From an uncultured Gammaproteobacteria bacterium (GTDB lineage Bacteria; Patescibacteriota; Microgenomatia; Levybacterales; GWA1-39-11): a stretch of 64,000 nt of DNA. The notes below the pieces were generated by a model. That model worked only from the letters and a program-made list of their open reading frames with translations. It did no database searches and was not told the origin of the DNA. The translations under genes and the position numbers were made by a program. Below, in pieces: positions 51,224 to 61,167 of the stretch. The stretch covers positions 107,237-171,236 of the forward strand of contig CAZIAP010000002.1 of the NCBI GenBank assembly GCA_964537315.1, given 5' to 3'. Position 1 is the first letter of the stretch. Each line of letters begins with the position of its first letter.

Positions 51224-54200
51224 ATGTTTGGAAATCTATTTAATCAGAAAAAAGATGGAACGGAAGAACAGGTTCCTCCTACACCTGTGCAGGTGCCACA
51301 GCAGGGAGTAAATCCTGTTGTTGACCCTTCTCAGCCGCAGATGACACAACAACCTCCACAAGTAGTGCAGACAGGTAGCGTAGAACAGACGACTACAGGT
51401 ATGGGAATTCAGGCAGGCCTGCCCGCAATGCAAAGCAACGCGTTTCAGGCGGGACCTGTTGTGTTTAGTCAGACTGACACAGTAACAAATACTCAAAATG
51501 TACCAATTCAACCTCAGCAACCGGGGCAAAATCCACAAGCCGTGTCTCAGCCAACTATGCCAGATCAAACAGTACCAGGTCAGCCTATTGCTCCTGATAA
51601 TCCAGGGATGGGAGCAGAGAAAATGCAAAACGTATCGGCTCTTTCTCGTTTGGATGCCAGAGCAACGCAGGTATTACACCATGCGCAAGAAGAAACCAGG
51701 AGGATTCAGCAAGCACTTATAGAACCTGACCAGATACTTTATGGCTTGATCTATGACAGTGGGGTATACAAGCTCCTTGAACAGTTCTCAATTGATGCAT
51801 CAAAAATTGCAAAAGATATACAAGGAAAATCCCAACAGGGTACATTTACAGGACAGCCAACTCTAAGCCCGCAGTCTCAAGAAATTTTTGATACTGCTTT
51901 TAATTCGGTAAAAGCGCGACAGGCAAGTTTTATAACTCCTGAGGATATTCTACTAGCCCTTTTCAATGCAGCAGCAATGGCTGAGTTTTTCAGAACTCAG
52001 GGAGTTGATAAAGGAAAAGTAGAAGAAAAGCTTGCAAAAAACACTAGTTTTGTGGGAGATGGAAAGAGATCAGTTCTGGATAAATACAGTATAGATCTTA
52101 CACAAAATGCAAGAGACGGCCTATTAGATCCAGTTACTGGACGTGACGTTGAGATAGAAAGACTTGTACACATTTTGCTTCGTAGAACAAAAAATAATCC
52201 GATAATTATAGGTGAAGCAGGTGTAGGAAAAACAGCTATAGTCGAAGCTATTGCACAAAAAATTGTAGATGGACAGATTCCTGAAGATCTAAAAAACAAA
52301 AAAATTATTCAGCTAGACCTTGCTTCGATGATTGCAGGTGCTGCTCGTAGAGGTGAGTTTGAAGAGCGCCTACGTAGTATTATTCAGGAGGTGCAAGCTT
52401 CTGGACAGATAATTTTATTCATCGATGAAATACATACTCTAGTTGGAGCAGGCGATTCGGGAGGCGCGCTGGATGCATCAAATATTATTAAACCATATCT
52501 TTCTCGTGGGCAGCTTCAGCTAATTGGTACAACCACAACTGCTGAGTTCAGGAAGTATTTTGAAAAAGACAAAGCATTTGAAAGAAGATTCCAACCGATT
52601 ATGGTTCAAGAACCGGACGAAGAGGTTGCGGTAGAGATGTTAAATGTTATCAAACCTAAATATGAAAAGTATCACAACGTTGTGATGACGCCTGAGTCTA
52701 TCGAAGCTGCTGTTGTGCTATCTAAAAAATATATCGGAGAAAGATTTCTACCCGATAAAGGTGTGGATTTGCTTGATGAAGCAGCTGCAGAGGTAAAGCT
52801 TGCTAAAGCAGAAGGGAAACGGCAGGATAATAATATTGTTAAAACTGATATAGAAAAAGTAGTTTCAAGTTGGACGGGGATTCCGATCACACGACTTACA
52901 GAAGACGAAAGTGAAAAGTTGCTGCACTTAGAAGATCATATTCATAAACGCCTCATTGATCAGGAGGAAGCTGTTGCAGCGGTCTCAGAGGCAGTACGTA
53001 GAGGGCGAATCGGTCTCGCTTCAGCAAACAGGCCGATTGCTTCATTTATATTTTTGGGTCCTACAGGTGTCGGTAAAACGGAGCTTGCCAAAACCCTTGC
53101 TGAGATTTTGTTTGGCAGGGATGACGCAACTATCCGACTTGATATGTCTGAGTATATGGAAAAGCATGAGGTTGCAAAACTTATCGGTGCTCCTCCGGGA
53201 TATGTAGGTTATGAAGAAGGCGGACAATTAACAGAAGCTGTAAGATCAAAACCATACTCAATTGTGCTCCTTGATGAGGTTGAGAAGGCACATCCTGATG
53301 TGTTTAATATTCTACTGCAAATTTTGGAAGATGGAAGACTCACCGATAATAAAGGTAATACAATTTCATTTAAAAATACTATTATTATTGCCACTTCAAA
53401 TCTTGGAAGCCACATAATCCAAAAGTTTTTACTTGAACGGGCAAAAAATTCTGGAAAATCTACCGAGAATATCGAAAGTTCTACAACTGAGAAGAATCCA
53501 GATGAATCCAAAGGTAAAGAAAATACTGAAAAACAGGCTAACTTAGAAAATGACGAGAAGAATAATGATGTCTCAACAGAGGGTGCACAATCTGGTAAGG
53601 ATACAACTGGATCAAAGTCATATTCAGAACAACGAGTAAATCTACAGCTTGGAGGAAATACTGATAAGAAAACCGATGGTGAGTTCGAAGAGCTGACAAA
53701 ATTACTGCAAGAAGAGCTGCATAAATTCTTCCGTCCTGAATTGTTGAATAGATTTGATGATCTTGTAGTATTCAAGCCGCTTGCACAGCGTGATATGATG
53801 CAGATTGCAAAGCTCGGTATCGGTAAAACTCAAAAACTCTTAAAAGAGCAAGGATTTGACATCCAAATTACGGATCTAGCACTGGATCAGCTGGCAAAAG
53901 AAGGGTACGATCCTGTATATGGTGCTCGACCTTTGAGAAGATTAATTCAAAACTCAATTGAAAACGCAATCGCTATTGCATTAATTAGTAAACAGTTTGT
54001 TGCTGGTGACACCATTATTATTGATTACGACACTACACAGCAAAAGTTTGCTTTCTCAAAGGGAGCTTCTCAAAACCAGTCAGGACAGCCACAGGGAGAG
54101 GGTTCTCAACCACCTACTGGGCCAGGTCAGCCTGTCAATACCCAAGGTACAACAAATCAACAAACTGGATTACCCCAGAACTCTCCTCAAGCTCAGATAC

Positions 54201-54463
54201 CAAATCAGAACACAGGTCAGGTAGTTAATCAAAATCCTGCAACACAGCAACCTGTTCAGCCAACTGCTCCACAAGAAGTGTACTATGGTGTTCCTCCTCA
54301 GAATCAGCAAGTAAATTCTCAGCCAGTTCAACCAAATCAACCTATTGGACAAGAAAATGGAACAGGTATAGTGCAGCCACCGCAAACACCTCCACAGTAT
54401 CCGCAGACTAACGGTGCGGGTCCGGCAGGAAATGGCGCAACCATGAATACGTCTGTATCCTAG
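51224..54463 (+). CDS. Class I Clp/Hsp100 ATPase with Q/P-rich disordered termini
   Basis: Clp_N-like region, GEAGVGKT/FIDEIH/ERRFQ (NBD1), GPTGVGKT/GYVG/LLDEVEKAH/GARPLRR (NBD2). Confidence 0.92.
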   Translation: MFGNLFNQKKDGTEEQVPPTPVQVPQQGVNPVVDPSQPQMTQQPPQVVQTGSVEQTTTGMGIQAGLPAMQSNAFQAGPVVFSQTDTVTNTQNVPIQPQQPGQNPQAVSQPTMPDQTVPGQPIAPDNPGMGAEKMQNVSALSRLDARATQVLHHAQEETRRIQQALIEPDQILYGLIYDSGVYKLLEQFSIDASKIAKDIQGKSQQGTFTGQPTLSPQSQEIFDTAFNSVKARQASFITPEDILLALFNAAAMAEFFRTQGVDKGKVEEKLAKNTSFVGDGKRSVLDKYSIDLTQNARDGLLDPVTGRDVEIERLVHILLRRTKNNPIIIGEAGVGKTAIVEAIAQKIVDGQIPEDLKNKKIIQLDLASMIAGAARRGEFEERLRSIIQEVQASGQIILFIDEIHTLVGAGDSGGALDASNIIKPYLSRGQLQLIGTTTTAEFRKYFEKDKAFERRFQPIMVQEPDEEVAVEMLNVIKPKYEKYHNVVMTPESIEAAVVLSKKYIGERFLPDKGVDLLDEAAAEVKLAKAEGKRQDNNIVKTDIEKVVSSWTGIPITRLTEDESEKLLHLEDHIHKRLIDQEEAVAAVSEAVRRGRIGLASANRPIASFIFLGPTGVGKTELAKTLAEILFGRDDATIRLDMSEYMEKHEVAKLIGAPPGYVGYEEGGQLTEAVRSKPYSIVLLDEVEKAHPDVFNILLQILEDGRLTDNKGNTISFKNTIIIATSNLGSHIIQKFLLERAKNSGKSTENIESSTTEKNPDESKGKENTEKQANLENDEKNNDVSTEGAQSGKDTTGSKSYSEQRVNLQLGGNTDKKTDGEFEELTKLLQEELHKFFRPELLNRFDDLVVFKPLAQRDMMQIAKLGIGKTQKLLKEQGFDIQITDLALDQLAKEGYDPVYGARPLRRLIQNSIENAIAIALISKQFVAGDTIIIDYDTTQQKFAFSKGASQNQSGQPQGEGSQPPTGPGQPVNTQGTTNQQTGLPQNSPQAQIPNQNTGQVVNQNPATQQPVQPTAPQEVYYGVPPQNQQVNSQPVQPNQPIGQENGTGIVQPPQTPPQYPQTNGAGPAGNGATMNTSVS

Positions 54464-54464
54464 T

Positions 54465-56408
54465 ATGGAAAATCCGCAGTCTTCAAGTTTTACATCACTG
54501 TTTCAATCTCGTAGGTTTCTAATTGCAGCAGGATTTATTTTACTTCTTGTGCTTGTTGGAGTAGGAATATTTTTTATCTTAAGCAGCAAGCCTCCACTCG
54601 AGCCTATTCCTGAAGGCTCTGTGTACACTCCCGACGAAGTAACTGTACAGTTTGCGCAAGGTTATACACCTGCTCCGCAGGGAGAGAATGAAAATTGGGA
54701 TAGGTTGTATGCAAAGCTCCAAGAACTGGGCGTTCAGTCATACTCTAAAGTGTTCGATTCAAATGATCCTGATTTATCAAGATATTATAAGCTTAAGCTT
54801 TCTTCTGATGCTGAAGTTGCCACAATCCGTGAAGAGTTATATAAGCTTGATGAAATAAAAGCTTCTGAACCTGAGTATATCCTCAGTACTCAGTTGAGTG
54901 CTAATGATGCAGAATATTCTGGTATGTGGGGACTGAAAAAAATTGATATTGAAAAAGCTTGGGATGTAACCAGAGGCTCAAACTCTGTGAAAGTCGCAGT
55001 GGTAGATACGGGAATTGACTATAATCACCCTGATTTCGCAGGGAGATCAATTATTAAGGGTAAGGACGTATCAACTTGCGACAGCACATACCAAGAGCTT
55101 CTTGCTTCAAACGGTCAATGTACGAAACCTAAACAACCTGATAATGACCCATTAGATAGTAATAACGGACACGGCACTCACGTTGCGGGAACAATAGGCG
55201 CTGCGACTAATAATGGAATAGGAGTCTCTGGAGTAAATTGGAACGTAACACTAATTGCCGTAAAAACGATGGGAGAAGGTGGCGCAGGGGGTATGTCTGA
55301 AATTGCAAATGGATTGGTAGATGCAGTGGATAGAGGAGCTGATGTGGTAAATATGAGTCTTGGTGGAGAGGGAACATGTACATCTCAGATGCAACAAGCG
55401 ATAAATTATGCCAGAAATAAAGGAGCTGCTATAGTAGTCGCTGCCGGAAACGGTGACAGAAATGGTAATCCTATTGATGCCTCTCGGGTTACTCCAGCGA
55501 GCTGTACAGGTGTAATTGTGGTTGGAGCAACGGGACCAAATGATGAACGCTCAAGTTATTCAAACTACGGAACACGGGTAGATCTAGCGGCGCCTGGAGG
55601 AAATGAACCAAGAGGAACATCATCATGCACAAAATCTAATTGCATAACTTCAACATGGCCAGGAAGACAGTACAGATCGGTTCAAGGTACATCTATGGCA
55701 GCGCCTCACGTAGCAGGTGTCGCAGCTCTTCTGCTGGCACAAAATGGCAGCCTAACACCGGATGACATTAAAAGATGTCTTATTAACAGTGGAAACCCAA
55801 TAAGTACAGACAGACCAATTGGTGGAAAAAGACTTAATGCATATAGTGCGCTTAACGGCTGTATAGCAAGTGCGAATCAGCCGACGACTCCTCCTGCAAA
55901 TCCGCCTACTGCTACTCCAACAGATACGCAAGCGCAAACACCAGCCATTGAACCATCAGAGTATTATCTAAAAGGTTTTACATACTCGGATGCTAATAAT
56001 AATCTTACCTTTGATTCAGGAGAGACCATGGTTGCGGGAGTCATATTGAAGTTGACTGATGAATCAAACGTAAACACTAATATTCCTACTGGAGCAGATG
56101 GTAAGTTCGAATTTAGAAATTTAAAACCTGGTTCTTATCTATTAACCGCAACAGTTGGTACTCGAGATGTGATGGAGTATAGAATAGGACTTGATTTAAA
56201 TATGAGCAGCCAAAACATACCAATTCCGATTCCCTCAGTAGAACCGTCTGATCCCGATAATCCTTCACAAGGGGAGAATAGGGTAATTATAACAGGCTCA
56301 CCTACTCCAACTCCTCGTCCGTTACATACATGTGTAGAGAAGACTACTCAGCAACGTGTTAATAACCGTGTCTTGCAGCTTAAGTACCTCGACTGCACTC
56401 CTATATAA
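54465..56408 (+). CDS. Membrane-anchored S8 subtilisin-like protease with SdrD-B-like domain
   Basis: Triad VVDTG, HGTHVAG, GTSMAAPHVAG; oxyanion AAGN; N-terminal TM and prodomain; 'YSDANNN..FDSGE...TGADGKFEF..L.PG.Y'. Confidence 0.92.
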   Translation: MENPQSSSFTSLFQSRRFLIAAGFILLLVLVGVGIFFILSSKPPLEPIPEGSVYTPDEVTVQFAQGYTPAPQGENENWDRLYAKLQELGVQSYSKVFDSNDPDLSRYYKLKLSSDAEVATIREELYKLDEIKASEPEYILSTQLSANDAEYSGMWGLKKIDIEKAWDVTRGSNSVKVAVVDTGIDYNHPDFAGRSIIKGKDVSTCDSTYQELLASNGQCTKPKQPDNDPLDSNNGHGTHVAGTIGAATNNGIGVSGVNWNVTLIAVKTMGEGGAGGMSEIANGLVDAVDRGADVVNMSLGGEGTCTSQMQQAINYARNKGAAIVVAAGNGDRNGNPIDASRVTPASCTGVIVVGATGPNDERSSYSNYGTRVDLAAPGGNEPRGTSSCTKSNCITSTWPGRQYRSVQGTSMAAPHVAGVAALLLAQNGSLTPDDIKRCLINSGNPISTDRPIGGKRLNAYSALNGCIASANQPTTPPANPPTATPTDTQAQTPAIEPSEYYLKGFTYSDANNNLTFDSGETMVAGVILKLTDESNVNTNIPTGADGKFEFRNLKPGSYLLTATVGTRDVMEYRIGLDLNMSSQNIPIPIPSVEPSDPDNPSQGENRVIITGSPTPTPRPLHTCVEKTTQQRVNNRVLQLKYLDCTPI

Positions 56409-56472
56409 ATTTCACCACTGGAAACCTACTTGTCTAGCAATCTGACCTCCCATTTGATAAAATGACTAGCGT

Positions 56473-57345
56473 ATGGCATCACGTGATTATTATGAAATAC
56501 TAGGTGTTTCAAAAAATGCAACTGCTGAAGAGCTGAAGCGCGCGTATCGTAAACTAGCTCTTGAATATCACCCTGACAGAAATAAAACTAAAGAAGCAGA
56601 AGCGAAATTCAAAGAGTTGAACGCAGCTTACGAAGTGTTGAAAGATCCTGAAAAACGCCGAGTTTATGATCAGGTTGGTCCGTCAGCTTTTGAAAATGGT
56701 GGTGGAGCAGGAGGACCATTTGGAAATGCTGCAGGAGGACAGTACGGGCCGTTTACATATACATATAGTACTTCAGGAGGAGAAAATCCTTTTGAGGGGT
56801 TCGGAGGCTTTTCAGATCCGTTTGACATTTTTGAACAGTTCTTTGGAGGAGGATCCCCTTTTGGTAGAAGAAAGCCTGCTTATTCCTTGCGTATAGATTT
56901 TATGGAGTCGGTCAAGGGAGCTGAGAAAAAAGTTACAATTGAAGGAAAGTCAAAAACAATTAAAATCCCGGCCGGAGTGCAAACAGGGTCGCGCATAAGA
57001 TTTGACGAGTTTGATATTGTTTTAGAAGTAGAATCCCACCCTAAATTTCACAGAGAGGGATACGATATCGTAACAGTAGAGAGTATTTCTATGACAATGG
57101 CCGCTTTGGGAGGAACCATTGAGGTTGAAACAGTGGAGGGTAAAGTAAAGCTTAAAGTACCCGCAGGTACTCAACCAAACGCAATTATCAGAATCAAAGG
57201 AAAGGGAGTGCCACATATTAAAGGAAATGGCAAAGGTGATCATTTCGTGAAAGTAAACGTAGAGATTCCAAAAAAGGTAAGTGGAAAACAAAAAGAACTT
57301 CTTGAGCAACTTGATAGTGAACTGAAAAAGAAAAAATGGTTCTAA
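56473..57345 (+). CDS. dnaJ: DnaJ-class co-chaperone lacking the zinc finger (CbpA-like)
   Basis: J-domain with HPD, G/F region, DIF motif, no CxxCxGxG. Confidence 0.88.
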   Translation: MASRDYYEILGVSKNATAEELKRAYRKLALEYHPDRNKTKEAEAKFKELNAAYEVLKDPEKRRVYDQVGPSAFENGGGAGGPFGNAAGGQYGPFTYTYSTSGGENPFEGFGGFSDPFDIFEQFFGGGSPFGRRKPAYSLRIDFMESVKGAEKKVTIEGKSKTIKIPAGVQTGSRIRFDEFDIVLEVESHPKFHREGYDIVTVESISMTMAALGGTIEVETVEGKVKLKVPAGTQPNAIIRIKGKGVPHIKGNGKGDHFVKVNVEIPKKVSGKQKELLEQLDSELKKKKWF

Positions 57346-57405
57346 AATCAGAATAAGGAAGCCCTCACACTTTATACATTCTACATAATACTTTATACTA
57401 GTTGT

Positions 57406-57732
57406 ATGCCTGCCCTGCTGTACCCTATTTTTCTATTGAAATTTTGGTATATCGATGCGACAAAGTTTTTTTTGCACGTTTACCGTGAACTATTTGTTTA
57501 TTGTTTGTCTCTTTTTTCTCTACCATTACTCATTCGTTCATTCTTCAGACCGGTTAAAAACGAGTACAGAAAGGACTTAGTATTGTTTTCTATTTTTTTC
57601 GGTATGGGGGTAAAATCTGTACTTATCAGTATATCTATCGCAATTATGCTGTTTCTATTACTTGTAGGCGTAATATTACTTATTAGTTTTTGGGCATTTC
57701 CTTACTTTGTCTATCAGCTATTAAGCTTATGA
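57406..57732 (+). CDS. Small hydrophobic membrane protein coupled to the downstream Clp ATPase
   Basis: 'FWY...FSLPLLIRSFFRP' plus TM helices; its TGA overlaps the next ATG (ATGA 57729-57732). Confidence 0.7.
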   Translation: MPALLYPIFLLKFWYIDATKFFLHVYRELFVYCLSLFSLPLLIRSFFRPVKNEYRKDLVLFSIFFGMGVKSVLISISIAIMLFLLLVGVILLISFWAFPYFVYQLLSL

Positions 57733-60122
57733 ACGATTATAAAAACCTGTTTACATATTATTCTTTTTTTAATACTGGCTGGGTGGTATTGGTAAGATAT
57801 GTCATTTTTTTCGCGTGTTTACTGCTTCTTTTTCTATTTATCCAGGATCTAGATAAGTCTAAAATGATCTTAGCAGGATTCATGCTTTTTTTAGCAAATG
57901 AGCTATTTATACATCTGAAAATAAATAAAGTTCGTCCTCAAAAGACAGTTTCACAGGTTGCAGTCGATACGCTTGAGTTAGCAGTTTTTTTCCGTCCGCT
58001 TTTATTTCTTAGACATTCTAAGAATGGAATAGATCTTGCTCGTAAGCTGGTAAGACATCCCGCAAATACATATTTACTAGGAAAAATTACTGGTTCACTG
58101 GCGATACCAGAAGCAGATGTAGAAATAACAGCAATACTTCAAAAAGCTTATGTATTAGTTAATAGTGTAAAAGGACAGTATATCTCTCAACTCGATTTAT
58201 TTGCTGCTTATATTCTGCTCGCGGAAAACTCTGTGCACATGCTTGAGAATGCGGATATGAACGAACAGGACTTTATAAACATATACTACTGGGCACGTAA
58301 TTCCTATAAGGTTGATGAAAATAATAAGCCATTTAAGATGTCATTTTATGGAGATGGTTCTTTTGATTTTTTTGTTTACGGTTGGAGTACAGAGTTAAAA
58401 AAATATGCAAGAAGTGTTAATTCAAGTGTGCTTTCTCGCAAGCATATTCCTCGTGTTATCGGGCGAGGTGCAGAATACGAACAATTGATTGTTGCACTAA
58501 GTAAACCGCAAGCTCGCAATATACTGCTTATCGGTGAACCCGGTACCGGAAAAACTTCACTTGTCGAGTTTTTCTCGTACAATTCTCATCTTGGTAAAGT
58601 CCCTGCTCAACTATCTAATATGCAAGTATATGAAATATTCATTGATAGGTTACTAGCTGGAGTATCTGATAGAGGAGAGCTTGAACATCGTTTAGTTACA
58701 CTGATCGATGAAGCGGGTCATGCCGGAAACATCATATTATTTATACAGAACATTGAAAATATTTTTGGTGCGGGAGGATTTGATTTTGATATCTCAGGAG
58801 TACTATATGATTACCTTAAAAACGGAATGTTAACTGTTATCGGTACAACAACAAACTCCGCTTATAATACTCACATTGCAAATCGTGAAGCTACAGCTGC
58901 GCTTTTTACAGCAATCGATCTTCCTGAGCCGGATGAGGATACTACACTTTACATGTTATTTGAAAAAGTAGGAGATATAGAGCGTCAGTACGGTGTTGAT
59001 ATTACCTACTCTGCAGTAAAAACACTAACCACTTTATCAGGAAGTTATCTGACAGATAGAGCTTTGCCTGGAAAGGCGATTACTGTTTTAGAAGATATAG
59101 CTACCTCCCAGCAGATAAAAGGAAAACATCCTATTATTACAAAAGAAGTTGTGGAAGCGCATCTATCTGCGAAGACTCGCATTATTATTGGTAATCCAAC
59201 TAAAGAAGAAAAAGAACTACTGCTTAATCTTGAGGATAAACTGCACGAACGTATTGTAAGTCAGGATAGAGCAGTACAGGTAGTGGCAAATGCCATGCGT
59301 CGAGTTAGAAGTGGACTTAAATCAGGACATAGGCCAATAGCTGTTTTTCTATTTCTTGGACAGACTGGCGTGGGAAAAACGGAGACAGCAAAAGCTTTGG
59401 CAGAGGTTTATTTTGGAAGCGATGAGTCTATGATCAGGCTAGATATGAGTGAGTTTCAGAATCAGGATTCAATAGGAAAGTTACTAGGGGAGCAGGTTGG
59501 TCAAGAATACGCGGAAAATGCATTTACTGAGCAAGTTGCTAAAAATCCTTTTTCTCTCATCCTTTTAGATGAGTTTGAAAAAGCCCACCCGCAAATTTTA
59601 AATTTATTTCTTCAGGTTTTTGAGGATGGTAGGCTAACGGATAATAAAGGCAGAACTGTATCATTTCAAAACTCCATTATCATAGCTACATCCAACGCTG
59701 GTAGTGAGTATATACGTCAACAAGCTGGTCAGATTACCGACATTGATGTATTTACAAAACAGTTAATGGATATGCTGATGCGATCAGGACAGTTTAAGCC
59801 GGAGTTGCTTAACCGCTTTGATGAAACAGTTGTGTTTACTCCGCTTACCAAAGAAAATTTGCTCTCAGTTGCCAGCTTACTGCTTCAGAAAGCACTTGCT
59901 CCTCTGCAGGACAAGCAGATTAGCATAACATTTGATCAGGCTATTTTGAACAAAATCGTTTCAGAAAGCTATGATGAATATTTTGGAGCGCGGAACATTC
60001 GAAGATATATTACATCAACGGTTTCGGGATATATATCAGACCTCGTATTAAAAGATCAGCTTAAAAAAGGTTCACAGGCGGTACTTACAGTTGATTCATC
60101 GAATCAAATAACGATAAGATAG
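57729..60122 (+). CDS. Membrane-anchored Clp-family AAA+ ATPase with degenerate NBD1
   Basis: Two N-terminal hydrophobic helices; GEPGTGKT with Walker B 'LFIQNIE'; NBD2 GQTGVGKT, LLDEFEKAH, GARNIRR. Confidence 0.85.
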   Translation: MNDYKNLFTYYSFFNTGWVVLVRYVIFFACLLLLFLFIQDLDKSKMILAGFMLFLANELFIHLKINKVRPQKTVSQVAVDTLELAVFFRPLLFLRHSKNGIDLARKLVRHPANTYLLGKITGSLAIPEADVEITAILQKAYVLVNSVKGQYISQLDLFAAYILLAENSVHMLENADMNEQDFINIYYWARNSYKVDENNKPFKMSFYGDGSFDFFVYGWSTELKKYARSVNSSVLSRKHIPRVIGRGAEYEQLIVALSKPQARNILLIGEPGTGKTSLVEFFSYNSHLGKVPAQLSNMQVYEIFIDRLLAGVSDRGELEHRLVTLIDEAGHAGNIILFIQNIENIFGAGGFDFDISGVLYDYLKNGMLTVIGTTTNSAYNTHIANREATAALFTAIDLPEPDEDTTLYMLFEKVGDIERQYGVDITYSAVKTLTTLSGSYLTDRALPGKAITVLEDIATSQQIKGKHPIITKEVVEAHLSAKTRIIIGNPTKEEKELLLNLEDKLHERIVSQDRAVQVVANAMRRVRSGLKSGHRPIAVFLFLGQTGVGKTETAKALAEVYFGSDESMIRLDMSEFQNQDSIGKLLGEQVGQEYAENAFTEQVAKNPFSLILLDEFEKAHPQILNLFLQVFEDGRLTDNKGRTVSFQNSIIIATSNAGSEYIRQQAGQITDIDVFTKQLMDMLMRSGQFKPELLNRFDETVVFTPLTKENLLSVASLLLQKALAPLQDKQISITFDQAILNKIVSESYDEYFGARNIRRYITSTVSGYISDLVLKDQLKKGSQAVLTVDSSNQITIR

Positions 60123-60128
60123 TATGAT

Positions 60129-61136
60129 ATGAAATTTGCATGCTTTGAAATTGATTCAGAAGAAAAGAAGTTTTTATCAAAGTTTTTAAAAGGACAAGAG
60201 CTTGTATACTTTGATCACCCACTTCGAGAAAGTAATTTAGACTCGATTGCTGATGTACAAGGGCTCATAATTTTTATTTACTCAAAGATTGATGAAGCAG
60301 TACTTGAAAAATTACCACAGTTAAAATTTATTACTACCATGTCTACAGGCTTCGATCATATTGATCTTGAAGCATGTGAAAGACGTAATATTGTTGTATC
60401 AAATGTCCCAACCTACGGAGAAGTGTCTGTGGCAGAGCATACATTCGCTTTAATCTTGGCTGTTTCAAGGCGAATTACTGAGTCATACAGTAGGGTAAAG
60501 AGTGGATACTTTTCTCCGGATGGTCTTACTGGATTTGACTTAAACGGAAAAACGCTCGGTGTAATTGGAGTGGGAACAATAGGGTCCCATGTAATTAAAA
60601 TTGCCAAAGGGTTTGGAATGAATGTGATTGCGTACAAACGATCACCTGATCCTGAACTTGAGAAAAAGCTTGATTTTAGGATTAAGGATTTAGAAACGGT
60701 ATTGCAGGAATCAGACATAATCAGTTTAAATCTTCCGTATAATCAGGAGACTCATCACCTTATTGATGATGAGAAATTTTATATGATGAAGAAAGGCGCT
60801 GTTATTATTAACACTGCACGTGGTGCTATTATTGATACCAAAGCAATGCTTGCAGCTCTTGAGCGTGGAGATCTGGGAGGAGCTGGTCTTGATGTTTGCG
60901 AAGGAGAACCTGTGTTAAATGAAGAGAGACAGCTACTGTCAAAACAGTTTAACAGTGAGGAGATGATGTACGTTATGAATGAACATATGCTACTATATTA
61001 TCCTAATGTTGTGATTACTCCTCATAATGCTTTCAATAGCCAAGAGTCGCTAAAAATTATTCTTAATACGACTGTGGAAAATGTTAACGCATTTAATAAT
61101 AACCAACCAAAGAATGTGGTTGGTGCGAAAAATTAA
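60129..61136 (+). CDS. D-isomer-specific 2-hydroxyacid (D-lactate-type) dehydrogenase
   Basis: STGFDHID, SVAEH, GVIGVGTIG, INTARG, LDV, ITPHNAF. Confidence 0.92.
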   Translation: MKFACFEIDSEEKKFLSKFLKGQELVYFDHPLRESNLDSIADVQGLIIFIYSKIDEAVLEKLPQLKFITTMSTGFDHIDLEACERRNIVVSNVPTYGEVSVAEHTFALILAVSRRITESYSRVKSGYFSPDGLTGFDLNGKTLGVIGVGTIGSHVIKIAKGFGMNVIAYKRSPDPELEKKLDFRIKDLETVLQESDIISLNLPYNQETHHLIDDEKFYMMKKGAVIINTARGAIIDTKAMLAALERGDLGGAGLDVCEGEPVLNEERQLLSKQFNSEEMMYVMNEHMLLYYPNVVITPHNAFNSQESLKIILNTTVENVNAFNNNQPKNVVGAKN

Positions 61137-61167
61137 ATTGAACCCGTTAATTCGTTAATAAATAGTA

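Noticed and set aside
51224-56408. ATPase plus S8 protease as an IetAS-type defence or toxin-antitoxin pair
   Set aside because: The ATPase is a two-ring Clp and the protease is exported and anchored with a prodomain, unlike the cytoplasmic IetAS components
51181-56449. Inverted 9-mer GAGGTCAGA (51181) / TCTGACCTC (56441) flanking the Clp-subtilase pair
   Set aside because: Too short to exclude chance; no transposase or target-site duplication
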